DNA from: Gammaproteobacteria bacterium
GTDB taxonomy: Bacteria; Pseudomonadota; Gammaproteobacteria; Eutrophobiales; Eutrophobiaceae
Direction of reading: 5' to 3'
Length of the DNA: 64,000 nt
Assembly: GCA_965243205.1 (NCBI GenBank)
Contig: CBDEUK010000002.1
Location: 993,589-1,057,588 of the forward strand
Made by a program: the position numbers and the translations under genes. Below the pieces are notes generated by a model, which did no database searches, was not told where the DNA came from, and was given only the letters and a program-made list of their open reading frames with translations. Position 1 is the first letter of the stretch, and the number at the start of each line of letters is the position of its first letter. This document shows, piece after piece, positions 34,860-43,869 of the stretch.

Positions 34860-35708
34860 ATGAAAAATATCATTCATTCCAAATGGCTTTTATTTCATGT
34901 TTTTTGCTTATTTTCCATTAATGCTAACGCTTTTTTAATTGTTGAAGACTTTGAATCTTCTAACTGGGCACAAGAACGTGGCTGGTACGACATAAACAAT
35001 ACCGCTACAAGCTCAGCTCAATCGACATCAGGAAATCAATCTTTATATTATTCTTTTAACCAAGGCGAACAAACAGGAAGTCCAGATAGATCGATGCGCC
35101 TATCATTACCAGATTCAGATTCTATTTATTTAAGTTATAACCGTATGTATGAAGATGGTTGGGTATGGAATTCAGGAGGCATCCATGATTTTTATATATT
35201 TGCTGATGCTGACCAATATCAAACACCAACCAATACAAAATTAACTGCTTACTTTGAACAAGATAGCGGGAAAGCACGCACAGTTCTTAGAGCAGCCCAA
35301 CAAGCAAATAGTCCATATAATGATAATTGGTATGCTAAATCAGGCTCGGATATTGTATTTCAATCCGGTGTTTGGCATAACATTCAAGCCATGGTAAAAA
35401 TGAACGATGCAGGTCAATCTAATGGAGAAATGCGTATGTGGGTTGATGGTGTATTACAAGTAGAGCGAACCGGCCTTTTACTAAGAGCCCAAGGTGATGA
35501 AAACATTATGTTCAATCAATTATTTTTTGGACCTTGGATTGGTAGCAATGGTGCTATTGTTGATAAAGCCTTTTGGACTGATGATATTATGGTATCGGAT
35601 CAAGCCTTTTCAACAGAACCAGTACCAACCCCTATTCCACCTGCTGCTTTATTATTTTCTTCTGCAATAATTGGATTATTTAGATTTTCTAAACAAAATA
35701 AATCTTAA
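34860..35708 (+). CDS. secreted protein with C-terminal Pro-rich/hydrophobic/basic sorting-signal-like tail (PEP-CTERM-like)
   Basis: Signal peptide. C-terminus VPTPIPPAALLFSSAIIGLFRFSKQNKS. Middle region resembles beta-sandwich glycan-binding/lyase-like proteins, weakly. Confidence 0.5.
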   Translation: MKNIIHSKWLLFHVFCLFSINANAFLIVEDFESSNWAQERGWYDINNTATSSAQSTSGNQSLYYSFNQGEQTGSPDRSMRLSLPDSDSIYLSYNRMYEDGWVWNSGGIHDFYIFADADQYQTPTNTKLTAYFEQDSGKARTVLRAAQQANSPYNDNWYAKSGSDIVFQSGVWHNIQAMVKMNDAGQSNGEMRMWVDGVLQVERTGLLLRAQGDENIMFNQLFFGPWIGSNGAIVDKAFWTDDIMVSDQAFSTEPVPTPIPPAALLFSSAIIGLFRFSKQNKS

Positions 35709-35763
35709 TATTAAAAAACGATGACCATAAATATGGTCATCGTTTTAATTTATAAATACAGAA

Positions 35764-36240
35764 CTATTTATATTTGTCCTTAAGCGATGCTAAACCAGCA
35801 TCAAAAATTCCTTCGATAATACTTTTTGCTTCTTCCTCACTTGCTCCTCTTGCTTTAAAATTTGCTTTCCATGTGATTTTAGTCGTACTACCATCACCAT
35901 CTACCATAAATGTTGCTTTATAAGGTTTTACAGGTAAAGGGCCTTTCTTAATAAAGTAAGTATAGCTGTTCTCAACTTCTTCTTTACGTTTTTCTAAAAT
36001 GTTTCCACCATCTGCCAATGTTAAATTACGATAGTAAGTTCCGTGGTCATCATATTCCTGACATTCACTAATAGCAGGATGCCAATCTTTGATCGCGCAA
36101 AAACCACCTATCTCTTGCCATACTTTTTTAACATCTCCAGAAACTTCTATCGATTTTTCAACCTCTATAAAATCAGCTGCTGATACTATTGATGAAATAC
36201 TAAATAAAATAATAGCTACGATACTACGACTAAAACGCAT
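35764..36240 (-). CDS. secreted SRPBCC (START/Bet v1-like) domain protein
   Basis: Signal peptide (MRFSRSIVAIILFSISSIVSA), then a polyketide-cyclase-like fold. Confidence 0.55.
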   Translation of the reverse strand: MRFSRSIVAIILFSISSIVSAADFIEVEKSIEVSGDVKKVWQEIGGFCAIKDWHPAISECQEYDDHGTYYRNLTLADGGNILEKRKEEVENSYTYFIKKGPLPVKPYKATFMVDGDGSTTKITWKANFKARGASEEEAKSIIEGIFDAGLASLKDKYK

Positions 36241-36322
36241 TACTTTCTCCTCTAGAAATATTTTATGCAAAAGAACAATAATAACTTAAAAAGCTAAAAC
36301 GAAGAACGGGAATCTTACCTTA

Positions 36323-36757
36323 CTAATCTTTATGAATAGGTACAGCAAATAACTCTGTTGCGCTGCACATTACACGACAAATTTGACCTTCCTGAGGATT
36401 TTCAATTTTTGACTTTAAGTGATCGTTGTTAAGAAAGATTCTACCTTCTTGAATTACAGAACCTTCCATCACTAATTCATCATTTAAAAAAACTTTTACT
36501 ATCTGGCCTTGTTTCAGTTCAGAATGTTTTAATTTAAATTCAGCTTTTAGTTTAAAATCAATATCTTCTTTTTCGACTTTTCGTAACTCAATATCAAACT
36601 CACCAATTTCACGATGAAATTTATCATGAAAATCAGCTTCATATTCCCATTTTTTTTCTACCCTTTTCCCGAATATTAAAGCTAATAAAACTAATAATGC
36701 AATAAATCCAAAGAAGCCCGAAACCAAATAACTAAGATATTGAAAAAGTGTTTCCAT
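36323..36757 (-). CDS. hypothetical membrane-anchored protein
   Basis: 144 aa with a single N-terminal TM helix. Confidence 0.45.
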   Translation of the reverse strand: METLFQYLSYLVSGFFGFIALLVLLALIFGKRVEKKWEYEADFHDKFHREIGEFDIELRKVEKEDIDFKLKAEFKLKHSELKQGQIVKVFLNDELVMEGSVIQEGRIFLNNDHLKSKIENPQEGQICRVMCSATELFAVPIHKD

Positions 36758-36870
36758 AGTAATTATGAATTTAAATCAAATTGGATATTGAAATTGTATT
36801 CTATGATACACATTTAGTATTGTATATAATTTATAACTTATATCTTAAATAAGGAATATCTCTGTAAAAA

Positions 36871-38388
36871 ATGACTGACCAACGGAATTTAGAACTTCTA
36901 CTTGAGTCGCACTTCCCTATTTTAGTGATTGAAACACACGAAGAATTGCGCACCTTGGAACTATTACAAACGATTGTAAAGAAAACCAATAAAGGTATGC
37001 ATATTTGGTCAGCTGCAGATGGTTTAAAACATCATTTAGTATCTAAATCAGATTTTAGCATCGAGGGTATGTCGCTTGAAGGTAGGCAATCTGATGAAAA
37101 AGATCTGACTGATCCCGAAGAAGCTTTGAGAGAAATAAAAAAATCTATTATCAATGAAATTATTGTTTTAATGGATTTTCATCCTTATTTGACCAACCCT
37201 AAAATTTTACGTTTAGTTAAAGAACTCGCATTAAACGCATCTAGAAGTGAAAATATTTTGGTACTTATTAGCCATAGATTAGAAGTACCAGAAGAAATTA
37301 AACGTCTTACAGCTAATTTTAAATTATCGTTACCGGATGAAAATAATCTTCGTCAATTAATTCTTGAAGAAGCTAAAGCTTGGAGCATTAAAAATCGAGC
37401 TCAAAAAGTAAAAACGGATAACAAGGCTATAGATTTATTGGTTAGAAATTTACTGGGACTAACCATCAGCGACTCTAAACGTCTAATACGCAATGCAATC
37501 TATGATGATGGAGCAATTACTCATAGTGATATTGAATCAGTAATGCAAGCAAAATATCAATTAGTTAGTCAAGATAGTGCGTTAACGTTTGAATATGATA
37601 CTGTAGCATTCAATGATGTCGGCGGTTTTAAAAATTTAAAAAAATGGCTAGATATTCGAAAAAACTATTTCTTAGATTCTTCTTCTGAAAACCAAGTTGA
37701 TACACCTAAAGGCATTCTATTATTAGGTGTACAAGGCTGCGGTAAAAGTTTAGCGGCAAAATCTGTTGCAGGTTGTTGGGGTGTCCCATTATTACGACTC
37801 GATTTTGGCGCTTTGTATAATAAATATATTGGTGAAACTGAAAAAAATATTCGTGATGCACTAAATGCAGCCCAACAATTAGCACCATGCGTGATGTGGA
37901 TAGATGAAATCGAAAAAGGTATACAAACCGATAGTAATGATTCAGGTACATCACAACGAGTATTAGGAACCTTACTCACTTGGATGGCTGAAAATAATTC
38001 AAAAGTGTTTATTGTAGCAACAGCCAATAACATCTCGAGTTTACCACCAGAACTTATTCGCAAAGGCCGATTAGACGAAATATTTTTTGTCGATTTACCT
38101 TGTAATCAAACTCGTGAAGAAATCTTCAAAGTTCATCTTAATAAGCGTAAGATCAAACAAGATAAAATTAATTTTGAAGAGATTATTGACTTAAGTGATG
38201 GGTTTTCTGGTTCCGAAATAGAACAAGCGATTGTCTCCGCATGTTATTCAGCCCTATCTGTTGAAGAAGAGCTTAATTCCCGACATATCTTAGAAGAAAT
38301 AAAACAAACTCGACCGCTATCGATTGTTATGGAAGAAGAAATTTCTCAATTGCGCAATTGGGCAAAAAATAGAACCGTGATTGCTTAA
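36871..38388 (+). CDS. AAA+ ATPase (classic AAA clade) with ~240-aa N-terminal domain of unknown function
   Basis: Walker A GVQGCGKS, Walker B VMWIDEIE, second region of homology (ATANN...LIRKGRLDE). Confidence 0.85.
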   Translation: MTDQRNLELLLESHFPILVIETHEELRTLELLQTIVKKTNKGMHIWSAADGLKHHLVSKSDFSIEGMSLEGRQSDEKDLTDPEEALREIKKSIINEIIVLMDFHPYLTNPKILRLVKELALNASRSENILVLISHRLEVPEEIKRLTANFKLSLPDENNLRQLILEEAKAWSIKNRAQKVKTDNKAIDLLVRNLLGLTISDSKRLIRNAIYDDGAITHSDIESVMQAKYQLVSQDSALTFEYDTVAFNDVGGFKNLKKWLDIRKNYFLDSSSENQVDTPKGILLLGVQGCGKSLAAKSVAGCWGVPLLRLDFGALYNKYIGETEKNIRDALNAAQQLAPCVMWIDEIEKGIQTDSNDSGTSQRVLGTLLTWMAENNSKVFIVATANNISSLPPELIRKGRLDEIFFVDLPCNQTREEIFKVHLNKRKIKQDKINFEEIIDLSDGFSGSEIEQAIVSACYSALSVEEELNSRHILEEIKQTRPLSIVMEEEISQLRNWAKNRTVIA

Positions 38389-38389
38389 T

Positions 38390-39367
38390 ATGAAATTAAG
38401 TTCACGACATAAAGCTGAATTATTTCAACAACTCTCTACTATGGAACATGCAGGTATTCCTTTAACCAATGCTTTGCAAACATTATTGCCTCATAGAAAT
38501 AAAAATCTAAATAAATTATTACAATCTTGTCTTATCTCTATAAAAGGTGGTTCTGCATTAGCTAACTCTGGATTACGTAATGGACTATTCACAGAGGTAG
38601 ATGGTTTATTGATTGAATCAGGATCTTATTCAGGGAAACTAGCTGAAAGCTTCAAAAAACTAGCATCTCACTACGAACTAAAAATGAGATTATCTCAGGA
38701 GATGAAAAGTCGATTAATATTTCCATTAGTAATCTTCTCATTAGCTGTGTTTATCGCGCCCTTTCCTAAATATTTTACTGGAGAAATTAGTCTCAATGAA
38801 TATTTATATATAACGCTTGGCTTCTTAATAAAGATCGGATTGGTTGCTTATTGTTTAATAGAATTACCCGGCTGGTTAAGAAATGGTTTTCTAAAAAATT
38901 TAGGGCTAGCTAAATCAATGGATAGTTTAATTTTAAAATTACCTATTATAGGTAAGACATACATCAAACATAATATTGCCCAATTTATAGAAATCTTAGG
39001 CATGTTATTAGGTTCAGGTATTACCGCACATGATGCACTACCAAAAACTGTGAAGACAATTGACAACTTAGTTATTCGTGAAAGTTTTAGCTCTGCAATA
39101 CAAAAATTACAATCTCATTCAAGCATGACTGACGCATTAAAGCTGAACCCTTATCTACCATCTGATGCTATTCTATTTTTGAGAACTGGAGAAACATCAG
39201 GTAAGCTTGACGAAGCACTTATACGTTATGGAAAGAATCTAAGAAAAGAAGTCACCCGTCGTTTCCAAGAAATTGCAGCATGGACCCCACGCATTGTATA
39301 CGCTTTAGTTTGTATTTATATGATTAATTCTATTATGAGTTCCAATCCTTTCATGCCAAGAATTTAA
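38390..39367 (+). CDS. T2SS-F (GspF/PilC/TadB-like) family inner-membrane platform protein
   Basis: Two T2SSF repeats (AGIPLTNALQTL...GSYSGKLAESF and GITAHDALPKTV...GETSGKLDEALIRYG) separated by TM segments. Starts 2 nt after the AAA stop. Confidence 0.7.
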   Translation: MKLSSRHKAELFQQLSTMEHAGIPLTNALQTLLPHRNKNLNKLLQSCLISIKGGSALANSGLRNGLFTEVDGLLIESGSYSGKLAESFKKLASHYELKMRLSQEMKSRLIFPLVIFSLAVFIAPFPKYFTGEISLNEYLYITLGFLIKIGLVAYCLIELPGWLRNGFLKNLGLAKSMDSLILKLPIIGKTYIKHNIAQFIEILGMLLGSGITAHDALPKTVKTIDNLVIRESFSSAIQKLQSHSSMTDALKLNPYLPSDAILFLRTGETSGKLDEALIRYGKNLRKEVTRRFQEIAAWTPRIVYALVCIYMINSIMSSNPFMPRI

Positions 39368-39389
39368 TTATTAGTATTAAAACTTTAGA

Positions 39390-40004
39390 ATGGTTGATAA
39401 ATACAAAAATTATTCTGATCTAGCTTCTCACGAGAATAAAGGTATAGATTATGACATTCTATTTCGTGATCTCAATACACGCTATGCTATCGTAGCCCCA
39501 CATGGTGGTTATATTGAACATGGTACAAAACAAATTTCTGATGCTATAGCCGAAGAAGATCATGCTTGGTATTGCTTTGCTGGTTTACAAGATCATTGCC
39601 ATCGATTACATATTACTAGTAATAATTTTGATGAACCCATTGCTATCAGGATCGCAAATCAAGTCGATACAGTCATATCCATTCATGGTGCTTATGGGAA
39701 AGAGCCTAAAGTGTTTTTTGGTGGATTAGATGGTCCTTTGAAACAAACTTTTATTGATGCATTATTATCGGAAGGTTTTGATGCGAGTCATGACTCAAGT
39801 CCAACACGTCAAGGTAAAGGTCTTACCAACATTTGTAATCGTGGAAAATTAAAACAAGGTGTGCAAATTGAAATGACTCAAGGGTTTCGTAAAAGTTTAT
39901 TTCATAAACCTGACTATGATAATCATCATTGGCGACCCAATGATCGATTCAGACTATTTGTTAGAACAATACGTTCTGTACTAGACAATTTTTCTAATCA
40001 TTAA
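39390..40004 (+). CDS. poly-gamma-glutamate hydrolase (PghP/YjqB, DUF867) family protein
   Basis: AIVAPHGGYIEHGT and SIHG motifs, typical of the phage-associated PghP zinc peptidase family. Confidence 0.65.
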   Translation: MVDKYKNYSDLASHENKGIDYDILFRDLNTRYAIVAPHGGYIEHGTKQISDAIAEEDHAWYCFAGLQDHCHRLHITSNNFDEPIAIRIANQVDTVISIHGAYGKEPKVFFGGLDGPLKQTFIDALLSEGFDASHDSSPTRQGKGLTNICNRGKLKQGVQIEMTQGFRKSLFHKPDYDNHHWRPNDRFRLFVRTIRSVLDNFSNH

Positions 40005-40043
40005 TTCTAAAGTATTTAATTATTCAGCCGATAGCTTAAGTCT

Positions 40044-40502
40044 TTGCATGGAGATCTATCACTTATGGCAGAAACACTTCATCAATTACTGTATGTCAGT
40101 TCAGCAACCGAAACCTTTCAGGAAGATGATTTAGTACCTATTTTAGAAAAAGCACGCGAAAACAATACGAAGCTAAATATCACGGGTATGCTTCTATATC
40201 ATGAAGGTTCTTTTATTCAAGTGCTTACTGGTCCCAAAGATGCCGTAGAAAACCTTTACTCTAAAATTGAAAAAGATGATAGACATAAAAACTCAAGAAT
40301 CTTACTCAAACATGATGTCGATAGTAGACAATTCGAGAATTGGACAATGGGATTTTACAATACTAATTCTAATGTAACCAAGAAGATCCCTGGATTAAAT
40401 AATTTCCTTAAAAAAGGATTTGAGAACATTGAAGGTAGTCGTGTGTTAGAAGTTTTAGCAGGTTTTCGAGAAGGCCGTTGGAGACAAGCCGTAAATACCT
40501 AA
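40044..40502 (+). CDS. BLUF-domain blue-light photoreceptor (short, stand-alone)
   Basis: LYVSSA...DLVPILEKARENNTKLNITGMLLYHEGSFIQVLTGPKDAVENLY...DDRH; conserved Y and Q positions present. Confidence 0.85.
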   Translation: MHGDLSLMAETLHQLLYVSSATETFQEDDLVPILEKARENNTKLNITGMLLYHEGSFIQVLTGPKDAVENLYSKIEKDDRHKNSRILLKHDVDSRQFENWTMGFYNTNSNVTKKIPGLNNFLKKGFENIEGSRVLEVLAGFREGRWRQAVNT

Positions 40503-40553
40503 AGCCTAGCACATTGAATATTCAATAATATCTACTCTTTACAACTTATAACT

Positions 40554-41123
40554 TTATAGTCCATAAATACAAATAAGTTTTGGTGATGAAATATTATTTT
40601 CATCACCAAAAAAAATTTCATTTCGATAATTTGATTTTGATAATTTTTTAACCCAGTCTAAAACGGCTTCATCTTCCAGTTTTCCACCTTCATGCCCTGG
40701 ATAAACTATAATAGTTATTAAACCTTTATTTGAAATAAGCTCAAGAGATTTATTTAAAGCGGTTAATGTTGTTTCTTTTTTAGTAATAATTTTCTTATCT
40801 GAACCAGGCAAATATCCCAAGTTAAACATTATCGCTTTAATAGATTTTTTAATCGTTGGATCAATTAAATCAAATAATACACTATGACAACCTTTGATTA
40901 AAACAACGTTATTTAAATTTTCTTTCTCTAACCGTTCTTTTGTTTTCTCAATAGCTGAATCCTGTATATCAAAACCATAAACAATTCCTTCAACTCCAAC
41001 TGTATTTGCCAAGAAAACTGTATCATGACCATTACCACATGTTGCATCGATCGCAATATCACCAGATTCAATTACAGACTCAATACGTTTATGTGCTTCT
41101 TCAGTTAATGGAATATTTTTCAT
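40554..41123 (-). CDS. class I SAM-dependent methyltransferase (MnmC2/MnmM-YtqB-like)
   Basis: DATCGNGHDT motif. Lies directly downstream of, and overlapping, the FAD oxidoreductase gene. Confidence 0.6.
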   Translation of the reverse strand: MKNIPLTEEAHKRIESVIESGDIAIDATCGNGHDTVFLANTVGVEGIVYGFDIQDSAIEKTKERLEKENLNNVVLIKGCHSVLFDLIDPTIKKSIKAIMFNLGYLPGSDKKIITKKETTLTALNKSLELISNKGLITIIVYPGHEGGKLEDEAVLDWVKKLSKSNYRNEIFFGDENNISSPKLICIYGL

Positions 41124-42165
41124 AAAAACGTTCTATATTAGCATTCGAAGGCAATGGTGTTTTTTCATATAAATTATTGATTAAACATTCTGAATAATAA
41201 GGAATTAACAAACTGCCTTTTGTACCAAAGCCATTAAATGTATACAGTTGTTTATACTTTGGATGCATACCAATCATAGGTTCTCGATCAATAGTTGTCG
41301 GCCGAATGCCGACTTCATGTTTTACGATATCAATATTATTTTTATAATTAATATGATATTTAAATTCAGAAAGCAATTCATTTCTAGCATTTTTCGTGGA
41401 CTCAATATTAGAAAAACCCCTATCAAATGTCGCACCCGTTCTATATGTTTCAGTCCCGAAAGGAGTCAACCAATAGCCATAATTAAGAATGTTATTCTTA
41501 ATTATTTGATTATCATTTAATCCAATCGTCAAAATTTCACCTTTAACAGGTTTCAATGGTAGCCAATTAAAATATATATTTTCAATCTGTTTATAACCTT
41601 CACAAAATATAACCGAATTAAATTCATACTCTTTCCATTTTACCTTTGTGTTTATGCTTAATTCACTGACATTGAAACGCTCTTCTAGATAACAATTTTT
41701 ATCTATAAAAAACTGCTTTAGGTTTAACAAAATACTGGGGATATTTAATAAGGCTGTTTGTTTTTGTTTAGCAATACCAAATGATGAATTTATATACTTA
41801 TCTTCTAAATGATATTCTTCTATATACGACCTATAATCTTCTTGTTTGAATCTTTTATTAGCAGACAAATACTCCTGTTCATTTTTTAAAACTCTAAGCA
41901 TTGGCAATTCAGTATAAAACGATTGATTTAAAAAACCCTCTAATTGTCTATAAAATATTTTAGCTGTAAATAAAAGCTCTTCTATATTATTTGCCTTGAC
42001 CAAGCGCATACCTGTCACAGGATTAATTAAACCAGCAGCCACATGTGATGCATTATTTTCTGCATTATCTAGAATCAGAAATGTTTGATTTCTTTGAAAG
42101 AGTTTGTATGCGAGTAAACTACCAGCCAATCCTTGACCAATAATTAAGTAATCGTATTGATTCAT
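41101..42165 (-). CDS. FAD-dependent oxidoreductase (DAO family; MnmC C-terminal-domain-like)
   Basis: N-terminal Rossmann motif YDYLIIGQGLAGSLLAYKL. Size and family match the oxidase half of MnmC. Confidence 0.6.
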   Translation of the reverse strand: MNQYDYLIIGQGLAGSLLAYKLFQRNQTFLILDNAENNASHVAAGLINPVTGMRLVKANNIEELLFTAKIFYRQLEGFLNQSFYTELPMLRVLKNEQEYLSANKRFKQEDYRSYIEEYHLEDKYINSSFGIAKQKQTALLNIPSILLNLKQFFIDKNCYLEERFNVSELSINTKVKWKEYEFNSVIFCEGYKQIENIYFNWLPLKPVKGEILTIGLNDNQIIKNNILNYGYWLTPFGTETYRTGATFDRGFSNIESTKNARNELLSEFKYHINYKNNIDIVKHEVGIRPTTIDREPMIGMHPKYKQLYTFNGFGTKGSLLIPYYSECLINNLYEKTPLPSNANIERFYEKYSIN

Positions 42166-42231
42166 GCTATAACCAATAAAGTAATATTAGGTTATTTTAC
42201 ATGATTTTTCTGAACGTAATAAAATTTACTT

Positions 42232-43866
42232 CTAATTAGTATTATTTAACCAATCATCCAAATTGGCTTGTTTTAATAATCCACGATGCGTTAATACTGC
42301 ACCATCTTGTTTTATATAATACGATCTTGGTAATTCACCATACCAAGTTGGATCGATTACATAACGGAGTTGTTCATCAAGCCCGTCAAAATACCAATTA
42401 TCTGCTGTATGTAATGAATATCGTTTTAGAACTTGATTTAATTCTGATAAATCCTGTTTCCCATTGGTGGAAATTAAAACCAATTTTGGAAAATTATTCG
42501 ATGTTATATTTTCTTTTAACAATGCCATCTCTTTAAAGCAAGGAGGACAATCAAGAGACCATAAAACCATTAAAACATTTTGCCCTTGATAAGCATTCTT
42601 TATCGTTTCAAAACTCTTCGTAGTAAATGGCTGTAAGGAAGAATCTATCGCATCCCCTATTTTTACGATTTGCATTCCTTTCTCTTGAGTCCACCATGTC
42701 GCTAACAGATGTTCGTCATTCTGTACTAACTGAGGGTGATCCGATGCGCCCGTTGTTTCAGCGATAATACTGATCTCTGACCATTCATTAGAATTTTCCA
42801 CAGAACGCATCATATTCAATAATGTTTTATCTCCCTCGACTCGTTTCCAAATAATAAAAAGCTCATTATCGAATTGTGCTATTTGTGGTCGAGATGCCAT
42901 TGGTGAAGGGTCAATATGATATTCATTTTTAAGAGATTTGGTTTCTACATCAAATTTAGCATAGTGCAAGCCACCCTTACCTTCTTTACCAGTAAACCAA
43001 ACTTGATGTAAATTATCTTCAGAATCTAAAACCATATCAGGCCCATGATGAGGACAAGCATTGATCTGCCAATCATCGAAAGTCACTCTTTGAATATCAC
43101 TATGACCATTCAATGTCATAATTGCATGGTCGCGAATATTGTCACCAAATACATGTCGCCAGAGTACCACTGCGTTTCCTTGTGAGTCCTGCTCGGTGAT
43201 CACTCGACAACATTCACAACTATGGTCAGTGATTTTTTTATTCTTTTCGAAGCTTTTACCTGAATCTTTCGAAACAGTGTAATATACGGCCGAACCGTTA
43301 TATGGTTTTTTAGCACGTTTAGCCGCAACTAAATCGCGTTTATCTAACCAAGTTAAATAAACATCGCCATTATCCATAACCGATAATGAATCATATCGAT
43401 GGCTTGTGAGTAAACCATCATCATTTATAGTGATTGGTTTAGAGAATGTTTTTCCACCATCTAGAGAACGTGAAAAACGAACATCACCCGTATATCGTCC
43501 TTCAGTTTTCTCAGTCCAACTGATATAAATCTCATTGTTATTCCCTATAGCAACTTTAGGACGATTTTCTCCATCCGATGAAATTACTTCAGGTTTCGGA
43601 TTGACTGTGACAGCGGATGAAAAACTTTCACCTTCATCATCGCTAGAAACTAACTTAATATACTTCCCATCAACATAAACTATCCAAAGTATTTTATTTT
43701 TATCAAAGGCAGATGATGGTGTTTTTCCACAATGCGGAACACTATCTTTCAAGTTTTTACAAAACTCAGGTACAAGATGTTCTTTATTGCCATGTGCAAA
43801 AACAGCACTGGAGAAATAAATCATCAGTGCTGTTAGTAAGTAATAATAAGATTTATAAATATTCAT
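42232..43866 (-). CDS. secreted BNR/sialidase-repeat protein fused to a C-terminal thioredoxin-like (CPPC) domain
   Basis: Signal peptide. BNR motifs (SRSLDGGKTF, SKDSGKSF). C-terminal WSLDCPPCFKE redox motif. Confidence 0.6.
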   Translation of the reverse strand: MNIYKSYYYLLTALMIYFSSAVFAHGNKEHLVPEFCKNLKDSVPHCGKTPSSAFDKNKILWIVYVDGKYIKLVSSDDEGESFSSAVTVNPKPEVISSDGENRPKVAIGNNNEIYISWTEKTEGRYTGDVRFSRSLDGGKTFSKPITINDDGLLTSHRYDSLSVMDNGDVYLTWLDKRDLVAAKRAKKPYNGSAVYYTVSKDSGKSFEKNKKITDHSCECCRVITEQDSQGNAVVLWRHVFGDNIRDHAIMTLNGHSDIQRVTFDDWQINACPHHGPDMVLDSEDNLHQVWFTGKEGKGGLHYAKFDVETKSLKNEYHIDPSPMASRPQIAQFDNELFIIWKRVEGDKTLLNMMRSVENSNEWSEISIIAETTGASDHPQLVQNDEHLLATWWTQEKGMQIVKIGDAIDSSLQPFTTKSFETIKNAYQGQNVLMVLWSLDCPPCFKEMALLKENITSNNFPKLVLISTNGKQDLSELNQVLKRYSLHTADNWYFDGLDEQLRYVIDPTWYGELPRSYYIKQDGAVLTHRGLLKQANLDDWLNNTN

Positions 43867-43869
43867 TAA

